Shown here in pieces: positions 11,468 to 20,804 of a stretch of DNA of 64,000 bases; the stretch's first letter is position 1; each line of letters begins with the position of its first letter. The DNA lies in NCBI GenBank assembly GCA_964415025.1, contig CAYPXF010000001.1, positions 9,390-73,389 on the forward strand, given 5' to 3'. Origin of the DNA: an uncultured Gammaproteobacteria bacterium. Its GTDB lineage: Bacteria > Patescibacteriota > Patescibacteriia > UBA10025 > JAHIVO01. The notes under the pieces are model-generated. The model was not told where the DNA came from. It worked only from the letters and a program-made list of their open reading frames with translations, and did no database searches. Position numbers and translations under genes: made by a program.

Positions 11468-12126
11468 ATAATTCTCCACATTAACATATTAAAAAATATT
11501 CTGATCCCGTCAATAATTGTCGTCCCTTTGTACCGGTCGGTATAGATTGTATCGATTGCTATTTCAGCGTGTGGGAGCTTATGCTTTCCGGCATTGACAA
11601 TCATTTCTGTCTCTACGGCATACCGTGATGAATTCCATTTTATTTTTTTATACGCTTCTGACCGTATTGCTCTGAATCCGCTTTGCGTGTCTGAAATGTA
11701 AATTCTAAATAAAATAGAAGTCGCTAACGAAAGAAATTTGTTGCCAAGCATCATGACTAACGGCATATCTTTACCTATTTTCCGAGAACCAAATACAATA
11801 TGCGCTCCCTTTTTTTCTACTGTCTCGATGAACCGAGGAATGTCTTCTGGTTTGTGCTGTCCGTCGCCATCCATCAGCACTATGATATCTGCGCCAAGTT
11901 TGATGCCCGCCTCACACCCGGTTTTCAGAGCCGCGCCTTTACCTAGATTTATTCTATGCCGTAAATACTTGATATCTTTACCAAAGCTACTAATAACATG
12001 TGCCGTATTATCTGTTGAGCCATCATCAACAATAATAATTTCATCAACATATGCAGCGGCCACTTTTATGATTGGCGCGATTCTTTTACCTTCATTAAAA
12101 GCTGGGATAACAGCGACAGATTTCAT
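11464..12126 (-). CDS. GT2 polyprenol-phosphate glycosyltransferase (DPM1-like)
   Basis: IPAFNE, VDDGSTD, NLGKGAAL, MDGDGQH, SDTQSGFRA. Confidence 0.88.
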   Translation of the reverse strand: MKSVAVIPAFNEGKRIAPIIKVAAAYVDEIIIVDDGSTDNTAHVISSFGKDIKYLRHRINLGKGAALKTGCEAGIKLGADIIVLMDGDGQHKPEDIPRFIETVEKKGAHIVFGSRKIGKDMPLVMMLGNKFLSLATSILFRIYISDTQSGFRAIRSEAYKKIKWNSSRYAVETEMIVNAGKHKLPHAEIAIDTIYTDRYKGTTIIDGIRIFFNMLMWRII

Positions 12127-12140
12127 ATAATAATCATGAT

Positions 12141-13463
12141 TTACCTGCCTATGCCGCGATAAATTACTTTAGTTTTGGCAAATGCTTTTTTTGGCAAACA
12201 GTTTTTACCGTCAACAACTACCTTGACGCCTAATTTATTAAATAATTTCGGATCAAGCTCTTTAAATTCATTATGGTCAGTCACCACCACGGCTGCCTCT
12301 GCTTTTTTAAGCGCTGCTTCAATTGACTGTACATCAGACATATCCGGAAAATAGGGATCATACTGTATAACATCTGCGCCCTCTTTTTTTAGCAGTTCGA
12401 TGACTTTGAGCGCCGGGCTTTCGCGCAGGTCATCTACATTTGCTTTATACGATAATCCAAGCACGGCAACTTTTGTGCCGTTAAGCGGTTTTTTAATCTG
12501 GTTAAGCGCTTTCATCAGCGTGTTGACCGTATAGGCCGGCATGCTGTTATTAATCTCCCGGGCCAGCTTCAGGAATTTATGGTCAAATCCGGCTACCCTG
12601 GCCCGCTCTATCAAATAGTATGGATCGACCGGTATACAATGCCCGCCCACACCACACGAAGGATAATGCGCCATGAAGGCGAACGGCTTGGTCTTGGCCC
12701 CGTCGATAACGTCGACTAAATCAATGCCCAGCACCTCAAACGACTTAGCTAATTCATTAACAAAAGCAATATTAATATCTCTGAAAGAATTCTCAATAAT
12801 TTTAGTGGCTTCGGCCGCTTTGATGGATTGCATCGGCCTGATCTCGCCCTCTATTATTTTCCGGTAAAACTTGACTGCCAGCTGCAGGCCCTTTTTGCTT
12901 AGAGCGCCGACACAGCGGGGAATGTTGCGCACATTCCAATGCGGATCGCCGGGATTGATGCGCTCTGGCGCGTGGGCGAGGTAAAAATCCTTACCGCCGA
13001 CTAAACCTGAACCTTTTTCCAGAATCGGTAAAATTACTTCTTCGCATACGCCGGGATTGACGGTGGATTCCATAATGACCAGCTGGCCTTTTTTCAGGCA
13101 CTTGGCAACCTTTTTACTGGCCTCACGCACTGGTGTGAGATCAGGGTTGTGGTTTTTATCCACCGGCGTGGGTACGCAGATTATGATAATATCTGAATTT
13201 GGCAGGGAATCGTACTTGGTAGTGGCGGTAAACAGCTGCTGGCTCACCCAGTGATCAAGCTCGGCATCGCCTTTGATCGGCGATACGCCTTTGTTGATCT
13301 GGTTTATTTTTTTGGGGTCTTTGCCAATGCCGATGACTTCATAGCCCTTTTCCGCGGCCAGACATGCCAGGGGCAGACCAACATACCCGATGCCAATAAT
13401 TGATACTATTTCTTTTTTTCTGCGTTTTGACCTCCTTGCTTTAGATTTTGCTTTTTTTGCCAT
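12141..13463 (-). CDS. Nucleotide-sugar (UDP-GlcNAc/ManNAc) 6-dehydrogenase
   Basis: GIGYVGLPLA, ICVPTP, ESTVNPG, PERINPG, GVGGHCIPVDP, DDLRESPA. Confidence 0.92.
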   Translation of the reverse strand: MAKKAKSKARRSKRRKKEIVSIIGIGYVGLPLACLAAEKGYEVIGIGKDPKKINQINKGVSPIKGDAELDHWVSQQLFTATTKYDSLPNSDIIIICVPTPVDKNHNPDLTPVREASKKVAKCLKKGQLVIMESTVNPGVCEEVILPILEKGSGLVGGKDFYLAHAPERINPGDPHWNVRNIPRCVGALSKKGLQLAVKFYRKIIEGEIRPMQSIKAAEATKIIENSFRDINIAFVNELAKSFEVLGIDLVDVIDGAKTKPFAFMAHYPSCGVGGHCIPVDPYYLIERARVAGFDHKFLKLAREINNSMPAYTVNTLMKALNQIKKPLNGTKVAVLGLSYKANVDDLRESPALKVIELLKKEGADVIQYDPYFPDMSDVQSIEAALKKAEAAVVVTDHNEFKELDPKLFNKLGVKVVVDGKNCLPKKAFAKTKVIYRGIGR

Positions 13464-13480
13464 AGTGTTTCGAAATTTGG

Positions 13481-14527
13481 TTATTCCTCTTTATCATATT
13501 TCCAGAGCAATGGTTGCAGTATATTCTGGTTGGCGCGGACGTACTCTATCGTCTTATGCAGACCATCCTCGAGTGATATGAGCGGATACCAGCCCAGCTT
13601 TTGCTTGACTAAGCCAATATCAGGTAGACCGAGTGGCGTCATAAAAACAAGTGAGTTTTTATGCTGTATGGCTGATTCAGAATTCGTCATCTGTTTTATC
13701 TTTTTGGCAATTGCCTCCATGGCATGCTCTTCATAATGCCCGAAATTAAACGGTCCCATTTTATTGGAATCCATGAATTTGATCAATCCCTCGACAATAT
13801 CGCTGACATAGCAAAGTGAAGTAGTGAACTGCTCATTACCGTAAATAATCAGCGGCCTGTTATTCAGCGCCTGCAGCACAAAATCCGGAATCATATGCCC
13901 ATCAAACAGCGATAAACGTGGGCCGTAAGTGCGGAATATACGGGCGACTTTAGCATCGAGATTATATATATCTCGGTATGTTGCCACCGCGCTCTCGGCA
14001 TACCGCTTGCCTTCGTCATAACAGCTGCGCGGACCGGTAAAATCAACATAGCCATTATAATCCTCGCTAAACCGCGGCGCATCCTGGAATCGCGGACCGT
14101 AGACAACGACCGAAGAGGCAAACAAAAATTTAGCTTCGTACTGCTTAGCCATTTCGAGCATATTAATCGTGCCCACGCTGTTTGTTTTTAGCGTTTGTAA
14201 ACGCAGCTCATTGAAATTTTTCGGTGAGGTGGGACAGGCTAAATGGTATATTTCCTGGACGCCTTGGTATTTTATTTTAAACTTATCCAGCTCATGGAGC
14301 TGCTCGAGCTGCAACGGTTCGGCGATGTCATGCTTGATAAATTCAAAATTCGGCAGTGCCAGTAAATAATTAATATTTTCTACCTGGCTTGAGGAAAAAT
14401 CATCAACGCAAATTACATTGTATTTTTTTACCAGCTCGTCGCATAAATGCGAACCAATAAATCCCGCGCCGCCGGTAACCAGGACGTTTTTCTTGTTAAA
14501 TATTGTGCGGGCCTGCTGTTGAGGCAT
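13481..14527 (-). CDS. UDP-glucuronate decarboxylase (UDP-xylose synthase)-like epimerase/dehydratase
   Basis: GGAGFIGSHLC, IYHLACPTSP, GPRSCYDEGKR, ARIFRTYGPR. Confidence 0.85.
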   Translation of the reverse strand: MPQQQARTIFNKKNVLVTGGAGFIGSHLCDELVKKYNVICVDDFSSSQVENINYLLALPNFEFIKHDIAEPLQLEQLHELDKFKIKYQGVQEIYHLACPTSPKNFNELRLQTLKTNSVGTINMLEMAKQYEAKFLFASSVVVYGPRFQDAPRFSEDYNGYVDFTGPRSCYDEGKRYAESAVATYRDIYNLDAKVARIFRTYGPRLSLFDGHMIPDFVLQALNNRPLIIYGNEQFTTSLCYVSDIVEGLIKFMDSNKMGPFNFGHYEEHAMEAIAKKIKQMTNSESAIQHKNSLVFMTPLGLPDIGLVKQKLGWYPLISLEDGLHKTIEYVRANQNILQPLLWKYDKEE

Positions 14528-14579
14528 ATTTTATATATAATCTAATTTATAATTTTTAGAATTACGTAACGGCGTTAAA

Positions 14580-14787
14580 GTAAGACGTGCGCTGCAGAAG
14601 CGTGATGTGTATCGAGAAATGAGTTATGGGAGGTGGGGATAATTTATAAGGGTGATGTAATAGTGAACTATCTTAGCTCTTTATCAGCAAACTTACTAAC
14701 TTTCACTCCCCAACTCCTGCCTGACTCCGCGAGCCACCTGCGGGCAGGCATATCACATTTTTCGCCCACACTTCCGGCGCATTTACC
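14580..14787. repeat. Degenerate 7-nt-periodic inverted-repeat spacer with an internal palindrome (14716-14748)
   Basis: Left arm GTAAGAC GTGCGCT...GAGAAAT GAGTTAT GGGAGGT is roughly complementary to right arm ACTCCCC AACTC...ATATCAC...CGCATTTAC; CCTGCCTG...CGGGCAGG hairpin inside. Confidence 0.5.
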
Positions 14788-14789
14788 TT

Positions 14790-15503
14790 TCAATAACTTC
14801 TGAATCTGATTTGTATGAGCGTGATAAACATAGAAATAATATTTTGAGCTAATTTGAACGGAGAACCGAGCGCCATTGAATCACTGCTGCTGTCTACCCA
14901 CACGGTGGGCACTTCTATAATATGATAGCCGCGCTTTTTCAGGGCGTACAGCAATTCCACATCAAAGGCCATATTATGGACGCGGAGCGTTGATAAGACA
15001 TCTGTAACCACTTCTCGTTTGAATATCTTGGCGCCGCACTGGGTATCAGCATAGGGCATCCAAAACAGTAGTTTCACTAGCGTGATAAAACCGATACTGA
15101 TGACATGGCGTAATGTGCTTCTATTCTTGATTACTGATCCTTTTTTCCAGCGCGAAGCAATCGCCCCGTCAGCTGATTTCCCCGCTTGATATACCCTGGC
15201 AAATTCAGCCGGACTGGTCGAGGCATCTGCATCCACAAACCCGACATAGTCCCCACGCGCCATGCCAAAGCCCTGATGCACAGCTCCGCCCTTACCAATT
15301 GGCTGCGGAATATTTTTATAGTAAACAATCCCTGGATACTGTTTGGCAAAAGCCTCGACTACCTCGATCGTATTGTCCCGACAACCGTTTAATATAACTA
15401 TGAATTCTGTGTTATGCTGGGAAAAATATTCAGTATATTGGGCTAGGGTTGCGCCAATCCGGTCTTGCTCATTATACGCCGGAATTACTATAGATAAGTG
15501 CAT
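14790..15503 (-). CDS. Dolichyl/polyprenyl-phosphate beta-glucosyltransferase-like GT2
   Basis: SIVIPAYNEQDRI, GKGGAV, FVDADAST, DTQCGAKIF, FDVELL. Confidence 0.88.
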   Translation of the reverse strand: MHLSIVIPAYNEQDRIGATLAQYTEYFSQHNTEFIVILNGCRDNTIEVVEAFAKQYPGIVYYKNIPQPIGKGGAVHQGFGMARGDYVGFVDADASTSPAEFARVYQAGKSADGAIASRWKKGSVIKNRSTLRHVISIGFITLVKLLFWMPYADTQCGAKIFKREVVTDVLSTLRVHNMAFDVELLYALKKRGYHIIEVPTVWVDSSSDSMALGSPFKLAQNIISMFITLIQIRFRSY

Positions 15504-15515
15504 ATGATGGATTCA

Positions 15516-15544
15516 ATTATACCGAATTTCACCCTATTTGGCAA
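15516..15544 (-). promoter_or_regulatory. Sigma70-type promoter
   Basis: TTGCCA-17 nt-TATAAT, 12 nt before the ATG at 15503. Confidence 0.6.
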
Positions 15545-15561
15545 CAGCGCCTGCCAAATAC

Positions 15562-16011
15562 TCACCTTTTAAACGTCCAGTATTTGTTGCCAAAATAATT
15601 ACTAAACAGGACAATCAAAATTGCTGATATTTTAGCGAAAAAATCCTCATATAATCCAAATAATGTTTCTAATCTGGTAAACTCGATTATGCTGTAGGTA
15701 ATACCGAGATTTATTAAATAATTTATCGCGCTTACGGTAACAAATTTTACATATTCACTCCTGGCTTGTCCACTATTCCAGCGTCGGAACGTCCATAATT
15801 TATTAAAAATAAAGTTACTGAAAATAGCTAAAAACACGCTGATGGCCGTAGCGTACAGATAATACATACCAGCCGCGCGCGTGAGTAACGTATACGTAGT
15901 AAAATCAACTATGGCGCCGCTCACACCTACTATGCTGAATTTTGCGAATTCATATACCACGGGCTTATTGCTGGCTATGGCCTGAATTTTATTCAACGAC
16001 TGTTTAATCAT
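15562..16011 (-). CDS. GtrA-family lipid-linked sugar flippase
   Basis: FAKFSIVGV, NFIFNKLWTF, NYFGNKYWTF; 4 TM segments. Confidence 0.9.
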   Translation of the reverse strand: MIKQSLNKIQAIASNKPVVYEFAKFSIVGVSGAIVDFTTYTLLTRAAGMYYLYATAISVFLAIFSNFIFNKLWTFRRWNSGQARSEYVKFVTVSAINYLINLGITYSIIEFTRLETLFGLYEDFFAKISAILIVLFSNYFGNKYWTFKR

Positions 16012-18152
16012 CGTATAGTCGCCACATTAACCCCGCCCCGGAACGTCTCGGCATAGGCGAAAAAGTGCGACTGCAGCTGGCCCTGGTAATTAAATACCCT
16101 GACATGCGGACCGCCGGTAAATCCGGCACCCGCGATAATCTCCGCGGTCCCGTCTCCGTCTAAGTCTCCTGCTGCTACGTTCACCCCGCCCCGGAACGTC
16201 TCGGCATAGGCGAAAAAGTGCGACTGCAGCTGGCCCTGGTAATTAAATACCCTGACATGCGGACCGCCGGTAAATCCGGCACCCGCGATAATCTCCGCGG
16301 TCCCGTCTCCGTCTAAGTCTCCTGCTGCTACGTTCACCCCGCCCCGGAACGTCTCGGCATAGGCGAATAATTCTGTTTGTTCATTGCCATATATATCAAA
16401 CACTCTAATATGCGGACCACCGCCATTGCCGGCTCCGGTGATTATTTCATCAATACCGTCGCCGTCGACATCGCCGGCCGCCACGTGGACTCCGCCGCGG
16501 AATGTCTCGGCATAGGCAAAGAACTGACTAATGACGCTGCCGTCCTGTTTAAATACTCTGACCTGCGGACCACCGCCATTGCCGGCTCCGGTGATTATTT
16601 CATCAATACCATCGCCGTCGACATCGCCGGCCGCCACGTGGACTCCGCCGCGGAATGATTCTCCATAAGCAAAAAATTGGCTGATCACCTCTCCGTTTGT
16701 CCTGAATAACCGAACCTGCGGCCCGCCAGTATCACCTGCGCCGGTGATAATCTCGTGAAAGCCATTCCCGTCAGTATCACCAGAGGCAACATATACCCCT
16801 CCCCGGAATTGTTCGCCATAAGCGAAAAAGTGCGACTGGAGTTCACCGTACAGATCAAACTGCCTGACATGAGGCCCGCCGGTATATCCCGCACCGACGA
16901 CAATATTTTCTGACGCTGGAATTAAATTGCCAAATACAGCGCCGATATTGATCCGTCCTGCTCCCAGTCCAGCTTCTGAAACAGCAGCAGCGTGGGATTT
17001 TAGCATTTGTTCGATTTGCGCATTAGTAAGGAGCGGGTTATGCGCTTTTATCAGTGCGGCAGAACCGGCTACCACCGGTGTCGCCAGCGACGTTCCTGAC
17101 CAGCCACTGGCATAATACGATTCGAGGCTTTGGTCCGGCGCATAGACTATAGTTGACAGGTAGCTTGTCGCTGGTGCGGCAATATCTACGCATGTATCGC
17201 CGTAATTTGAGGCATTGCTTATTTGGCTGTTAGCGTATGTTTTGAAACGGGCGTCATTCTGATCAGTTCCGCCAACACCAATCACATTGTCGTTGCACAC
17301 CGGGTAGCGGGGCTGTTGGTCTAGATTTATATTGTTATTCCCGGCGGCGGCAAAAATCATGACACCGGCCGCGGTAGCTTCATTAATAATTTGCGCTAAT
17401 ACGGTGTCAGTCTCATTGCCGACAAAACTTAGATTAATAATATCCGCTCCATTGCGCATGGCATACCGTACCCCGGCAGCAATATCACCAGTATCTCCCA
17501 TGCCCGCGTCATTCAGCACCCGAACGCTCATCATGCGTACGGTCCAATTCATGCCAGTTATGCCTTTGTTATTATTGCCCTTGGCCCCGGCAATACCGGC
17601 CACGACGCTCCCGTGATGCACTGCTGCGGCAGTCCATGATCCGCTGAACTGCGGCTGGGGGTCGTTTTGGTCACCGACAAAATCCCAGCCATAATAATCG
17701 TCTACATACCCATTTGCGTCATCGTCTATGCTATTGTTCGGTATTTCATCAGTATTATGCCAAATATTTTGCTGGAGGTCCGGATGGTCTAGATCAATAC
17801 CAGTATCCAGCACCGCTATGACAATACCGTCATCACCAGTGGTGGTATCCCATGCTTGCGGGGCATTAACTTTTTCTAAATACCACTGGTTTTGGTAATA
17901 GGTATCACCTGGCACAACTGCTAACTCGTAAGTGCGGTTTTCCCCTGCGTAGTCTACAACAGGATCAGCATTTAGACGCTGGAGCAATGCGCCAGTGTCT
18001 TCGTGTGAACCGAGCCGTACCGTATGAAATGTTTCCTGATGCTTTAGTTTGACGACAATGCTGTTTCCTTTTGGCGGGCTAGCCACCGCTGGCTGTCCCA
18101 GCAGCAGTCCGCACGCGATTACTGGTAGTAGTACAGTGGCTAATACTTTCAT
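16008..18152 (-). CDS. Secreted subtilisin-family (S8) peptidase with C-terminal FG-GAP repeats
   Basis: Signal peptide; triad VLDTG / HHGSVVAG / GTSLATP; repeated GDxDGDGxxEIxxGAGxxGGPxVRVF. Confidence 0.92.
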   Translation of the reverse strand: MKVLATVLLPVIACGLLLGQPAVASPPKGNSIVVKLKHQETFHTVRLGSHEDTGALLQRLNADPVVDYAGENRTYELAVVPGDTYYQNQWYLEKVNAPQAWDTTTGDDGIVIAVLDTGIDLDHPDLQQNIWHNTDEIPNNSIDDDANGYVDDYYGWDFVGDQNDPQPQFSGSWTAAAVHHGSVVAGIAGAKGNNNKGITGMNWTVRMMSVRVLNDAGMGDTGDIAAGVRYAMRNGADIINLSFVGNETDTVLAQIINEATAAGVMIFAAAGNNNINLDQQPRYPVCNDNVIGVGGTDQNDARFKTYANSQISNASNYGDTCVDIAAPATSYLSTIVYAPDQSLESYYASGWSGTSLATPVVAGSAALIKAHNPLLTNAQIEQMLKSHAAAVSEAGLGAGRINIGAVFGNLIPASENIVVGAGYTGGPHVRQFDLYGELQSHFFAYGEQFRGGVYVASGDTDGNGFHEIITGAGDTGGPQVRLFRTNGEVISQFFAYGESFRGGVHVAAGDVDGDGIDEIITGAGNGGGPQVRVFKQDGSVISQFFAYAETFRGGVHVAAGDVDGDGIDEIITGAGNGGGPHIRVFDIYGNEQTELFAYAETFRGGVNVAAGDLDGDGTAEIIAGAGFTGGPHVRVFNYQGQLQSHFFAYAETFRGGVNVAAGDLDGDGTAEIIAGAGFTGGPHVRVFNYQGQLQSHFFAYAETFRGGVNVATIR
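16030..16366. repeat. 153-bp tandem repeat (51-aa FG-GAP unit): two near-identical copies plus a partial third
   Basis: ACCCCGCCCCGGAACGTCTCGGCATAGGCGAA recurs at 16030, 16183 and 16336. Confidence 0.9.
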
Positions 18153-18163
18153 ATAGGTGTTCC

Positions 18164-19405
18164 TTATTGGCTGGTCAGCGTGAGCAATGTTTGCTCTGTA
18201 GCGCCATCACGCACATAGGTAACAGTCACCTGACTGCCCGGTGTGTATTGTTTAAGTATGATGTCCAGCGATACGTCATTAGTAATGGCAGTATCGTCAA
18301 TCGCTGTAATTATGTCACCGGCCTGTAAATCAGATCCAGCCGCCGGACTGCCGGGGATAATCGCCTCCTGATCAGCCGTAACCGCACTGATTAATGCGCC
18401 ATTTAATATACCGTACGTCTGTTCGCCCAGGCCGATTACGTCATCGAGTAAAACATAACGAACACCAAACTGCGGTCGCAGCAGGTCACTGTCTGTTAAT
18501 ATGTTCTGTAATATCGGGCGGATATGGTACAGCGGCAATACCGTACTGTTCATCTCACCGGCGCTTATCCCGATGATCTCTCCTTCAGCGGTCACTACCA
18601 GTGATCCGGGCATTATCAAATTTGCACTGTCTAATAACAGCCGTTCGCTGAACTGCTCGCTCGATCGCTGCAATGATGCAGTGTCAGTAACAGGATGATA
18701 ATCAGTGTCTACGGCTGTTGCTGGAGTAACTATTACCTGCTGCTGTTGGCCGCTTTTATTGACTGCGTAGACAGCCGCCGGCGCGCTCGTATCCTCTGCT
18801 GAAGCAATCTGAACGGTTGAGAGATTTGCGGCATCGATTTTCATAAAAATCATGCCGGTAGCCGGATCAGAACGCAGGGCGATAGTTTGGTACAGTCCTC
18901 CGTCATGCACCAACACATGGTACGTGCCGGACGTGTCCAGTGCTGCGGATGTCACTAAATACCCGTCCTGTGTCAGCACAAAAGCAGTGCCAAGCGCTTC
19001 TGCGGCAATATGTGATTCTGCTGCTGTGGTAATGTTTCGTTCGCTAAATATGAGCGCCATGGACGGCGCGGTAGCTATAACTTGTCGGGGAATTTCCTGT
19101 GCCTCCTGCTGCTGACGTACTGGAGTGACGGTAATGCCGTTACCGTCGTGATTAAGCGTGATTATGCCCAGCTCGTTTAAAAAAGGAATGTCAGCACCAT
19201 AGGCAAAGAGCAATAATAATCCTAAAATACCGCCAATCACTCCAAACAGGGCGGCAACTATGACAGTGACAATCCTGCCGCCAGCTAATTGCTGACGAGG
19301 TTTTTCAATCGTGGCTAATTCCTCTTTATAAAGAGAGTTAATCTCTTCATCTTTTTGATACTTTTGCTGGGCTTTTGGTGAAGTGGGGCTTGTTTTTGAT
19401 TTCAT
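18164..19405 (-). CDS. Membrane-anchored HtrA/DegP-like protein with PDZ domain, catalytic motifs degenerate
   Basis: GTAFVLTQDGYLVT trypsin-like strand; PDZ 'IPGSPAAGSDLQAGDIITAID'; no TNxH or GNSGG motif. Confidence 0.8.
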   Translation of the reverse strand: MKSKTSPTSPKAQQKYQKDEEINSLYKEELATIEKPRQQLAGGRIVTVIVAALFGVIGGILGLLLLFAYGADIPFLNELGIITLNHDGNGITVTPVRQQQEAQEIPRQVIATAPSMALIFSERNITTAAESHIAAEALGTAFVLTQDGYLVTSAALDTSGTYHVLVHDGGLYQTIALRSDPATGMIFMKIDAANLSTVQIASAEDTSAPAAVYAVNKSGQQQQVIVTPATAVDTDYHPVTDTASLQRSSEQFSERLLLDSANLIMPGSLVVTAEGEIIGISAGEMNSTVLPLYHIRPILQNILTDSDLLRPQFGVRYVLLDDVIGLGEQTYGILNGALISAVTADQEAIIPGSPAAGSDLQAGDIITAIDDTAITNDVSLDIILKQYTPGSQVTVTYVRDGATEQTLLTLTSQ

Positions 19406-19417
19406 AATACATATTTA

Positions 19418-20182
19418 TTAATACCAACGCGCAGTAATAATCGCCATAATGATTAGCGCGGCACTTGTGAAAATATATCGTCGAGCATTTTTCTGATCAA
19501 ATACATCACGCAAAACATCTTTGGCTATGTTAATAAGTACATAATACATTATTACCACAATAAATCCATTCAGGATAAAGCTGGTTGGTAACAGCCCGAC
19601 GGCATAATACCCTTGCGCCGCCATAATGCTGATAATAATAATATAGAGACGGCTCTGGTGCCAGGATATTTTATATGACCAAAACGTCCTCGCGGCTAAT
19701 ATCATGGTCAGTAGCAATGCGGCTACGACGCCTATCCAATGCGGCCAGCTAAGGAATAAACGCATGCCATACAGCGCGGAATAAAATAAAAACAAACTGA
19801 CCATGTTGACGTAGCTATATATGTTTTCTAAAGCGTACGGCTGGTATGATTCTGATTGGTAAAGAAATGAAAAGATATTGCGTAATATAAAATAGTAGAG
19901 CAGTACGATCCCGATGCTGTACAATTGCCGCAGGGTAGCGTCATTAATAATCAGAAAAAAGGCAAACGATCCAGCGACGAAAAGGAAAGGCGACGGTAGA
20001 AAACTGACGAACAGCCATATTGAGCGTCGTCCACTCGTCAGTGCCCAAATCGATCCTACCACTATCACCGCGAGTGATCCGGCGATGTAAAATGTTGCCG
20101 CGGGATACTTGTTCCATATTTGAAAAACAATAAATATTGCTATAGCGCTCAATAACGGGATTGCTCGGTATAATAATATCAT
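19418..20182 (-). CDS. Polytopic membrane protein of unknown function
   Basis: 254-aa ORF with about 8 hydrophobic segments, operonic spacing. Confidence 0.75.
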   Translation of the reverse strand: MILLYRAIPLLSAIAIFIVFQIWNKYPAATFYIAGSLAVIVVGSIWALTSGRRSIWLFVSFLPSPFLFVAGSFAFFLIINDATLRQLYSIGIVLLYYFILRNIFSFLYQSESYQPYALENIYSYVNMVSLFLFYSALYGMRLFLSWPHWIGVVAALLLTMILAARTFWSYKISWHQSRLYIIIISIMAAQGYYAVGLLPTSFILNGFIVVIMYYVLINIAKDVLRDVFDQKNARRYIFTSAALIIMAIITARWY

Positions 20183-20709
20183 TATTGGGTATTAGTTTGT
20201 ATTGGTTTAGACTGGTTACTCACCCGCTGCTGGATTTCTATTATCGCCTGGTGGACGCGTTCCGGGTTTTTCACGCCGTACAGCTCGATATTTGCCTGTT
20301 CTCCGGCCGTCTGGACAACGACGCTGCCATAGTGCAGTACTGTTTGCCAAATCCCTTTTGTGCGAAAACTGACATCCTGGATTTTCTGGTAAGTAATTTC
20401 TGATACGCGCTGATCAAAAAAACCCCGCTGATCTATATCAATAATCCGTTCATCGGTGATAATAAATATATTAAGCGAATAAAGCACCCACACCCGTAGC
20501 TCGATGAGCACACCAATAGCTAACACTACGAAAAAAATGACAATCCCCCACGCCGACCAGTGCCAGAGTGGATATAAAAAGAAAAAAGGTGCTATAATGA
20601 ATACAGTTCCAATCAGTATTGGCCAGATGAAGACTAGCGGATATTTTCGGACGATTTCTACAATACCCTCATCCGGCTTAATCATTTTTTGTAATTTACG
20701 CTCAAACAT
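20182..20709 (-). CDS. Membrane-anchored bacterial PH-domain protein
   Basis: 2 TM segments then IITDERIIDIDQRGFF...IQDVS...YGSVVVQTAG. Confidence 0.85.
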   Translation of the reverse strand: MFERKLQKMIKPDEGIVEIVRKYPLVFIWPILIGTVFIIAPFFFLYPLWHWSAWGIVIFFVVLAIGVLIELRVWVLYSLNIFIITDERIIDIDQRGFFDQRVSEITYQKIQDVSFRTKGIWQTVLHYGSVVVQTAGEQANIELYGVKNPERVHQAIIEIQQRVSNQSKPIQTNTQ

Positions 20710-20804
20710 CGCTTATGCGGAGAAAAAAAGTTGTACGAATTATTTGGATCGTAATTGTCATTATCGGCGTTATCGGCATGATCTTCTTCACCGTAATGCC
20801 GGCC

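Noticed and set aside
16030-16660. Regular repeats as a possible CRISPR array
   Set aside because: 153-bp in-frame coding units with no unique spacers and no cas genes
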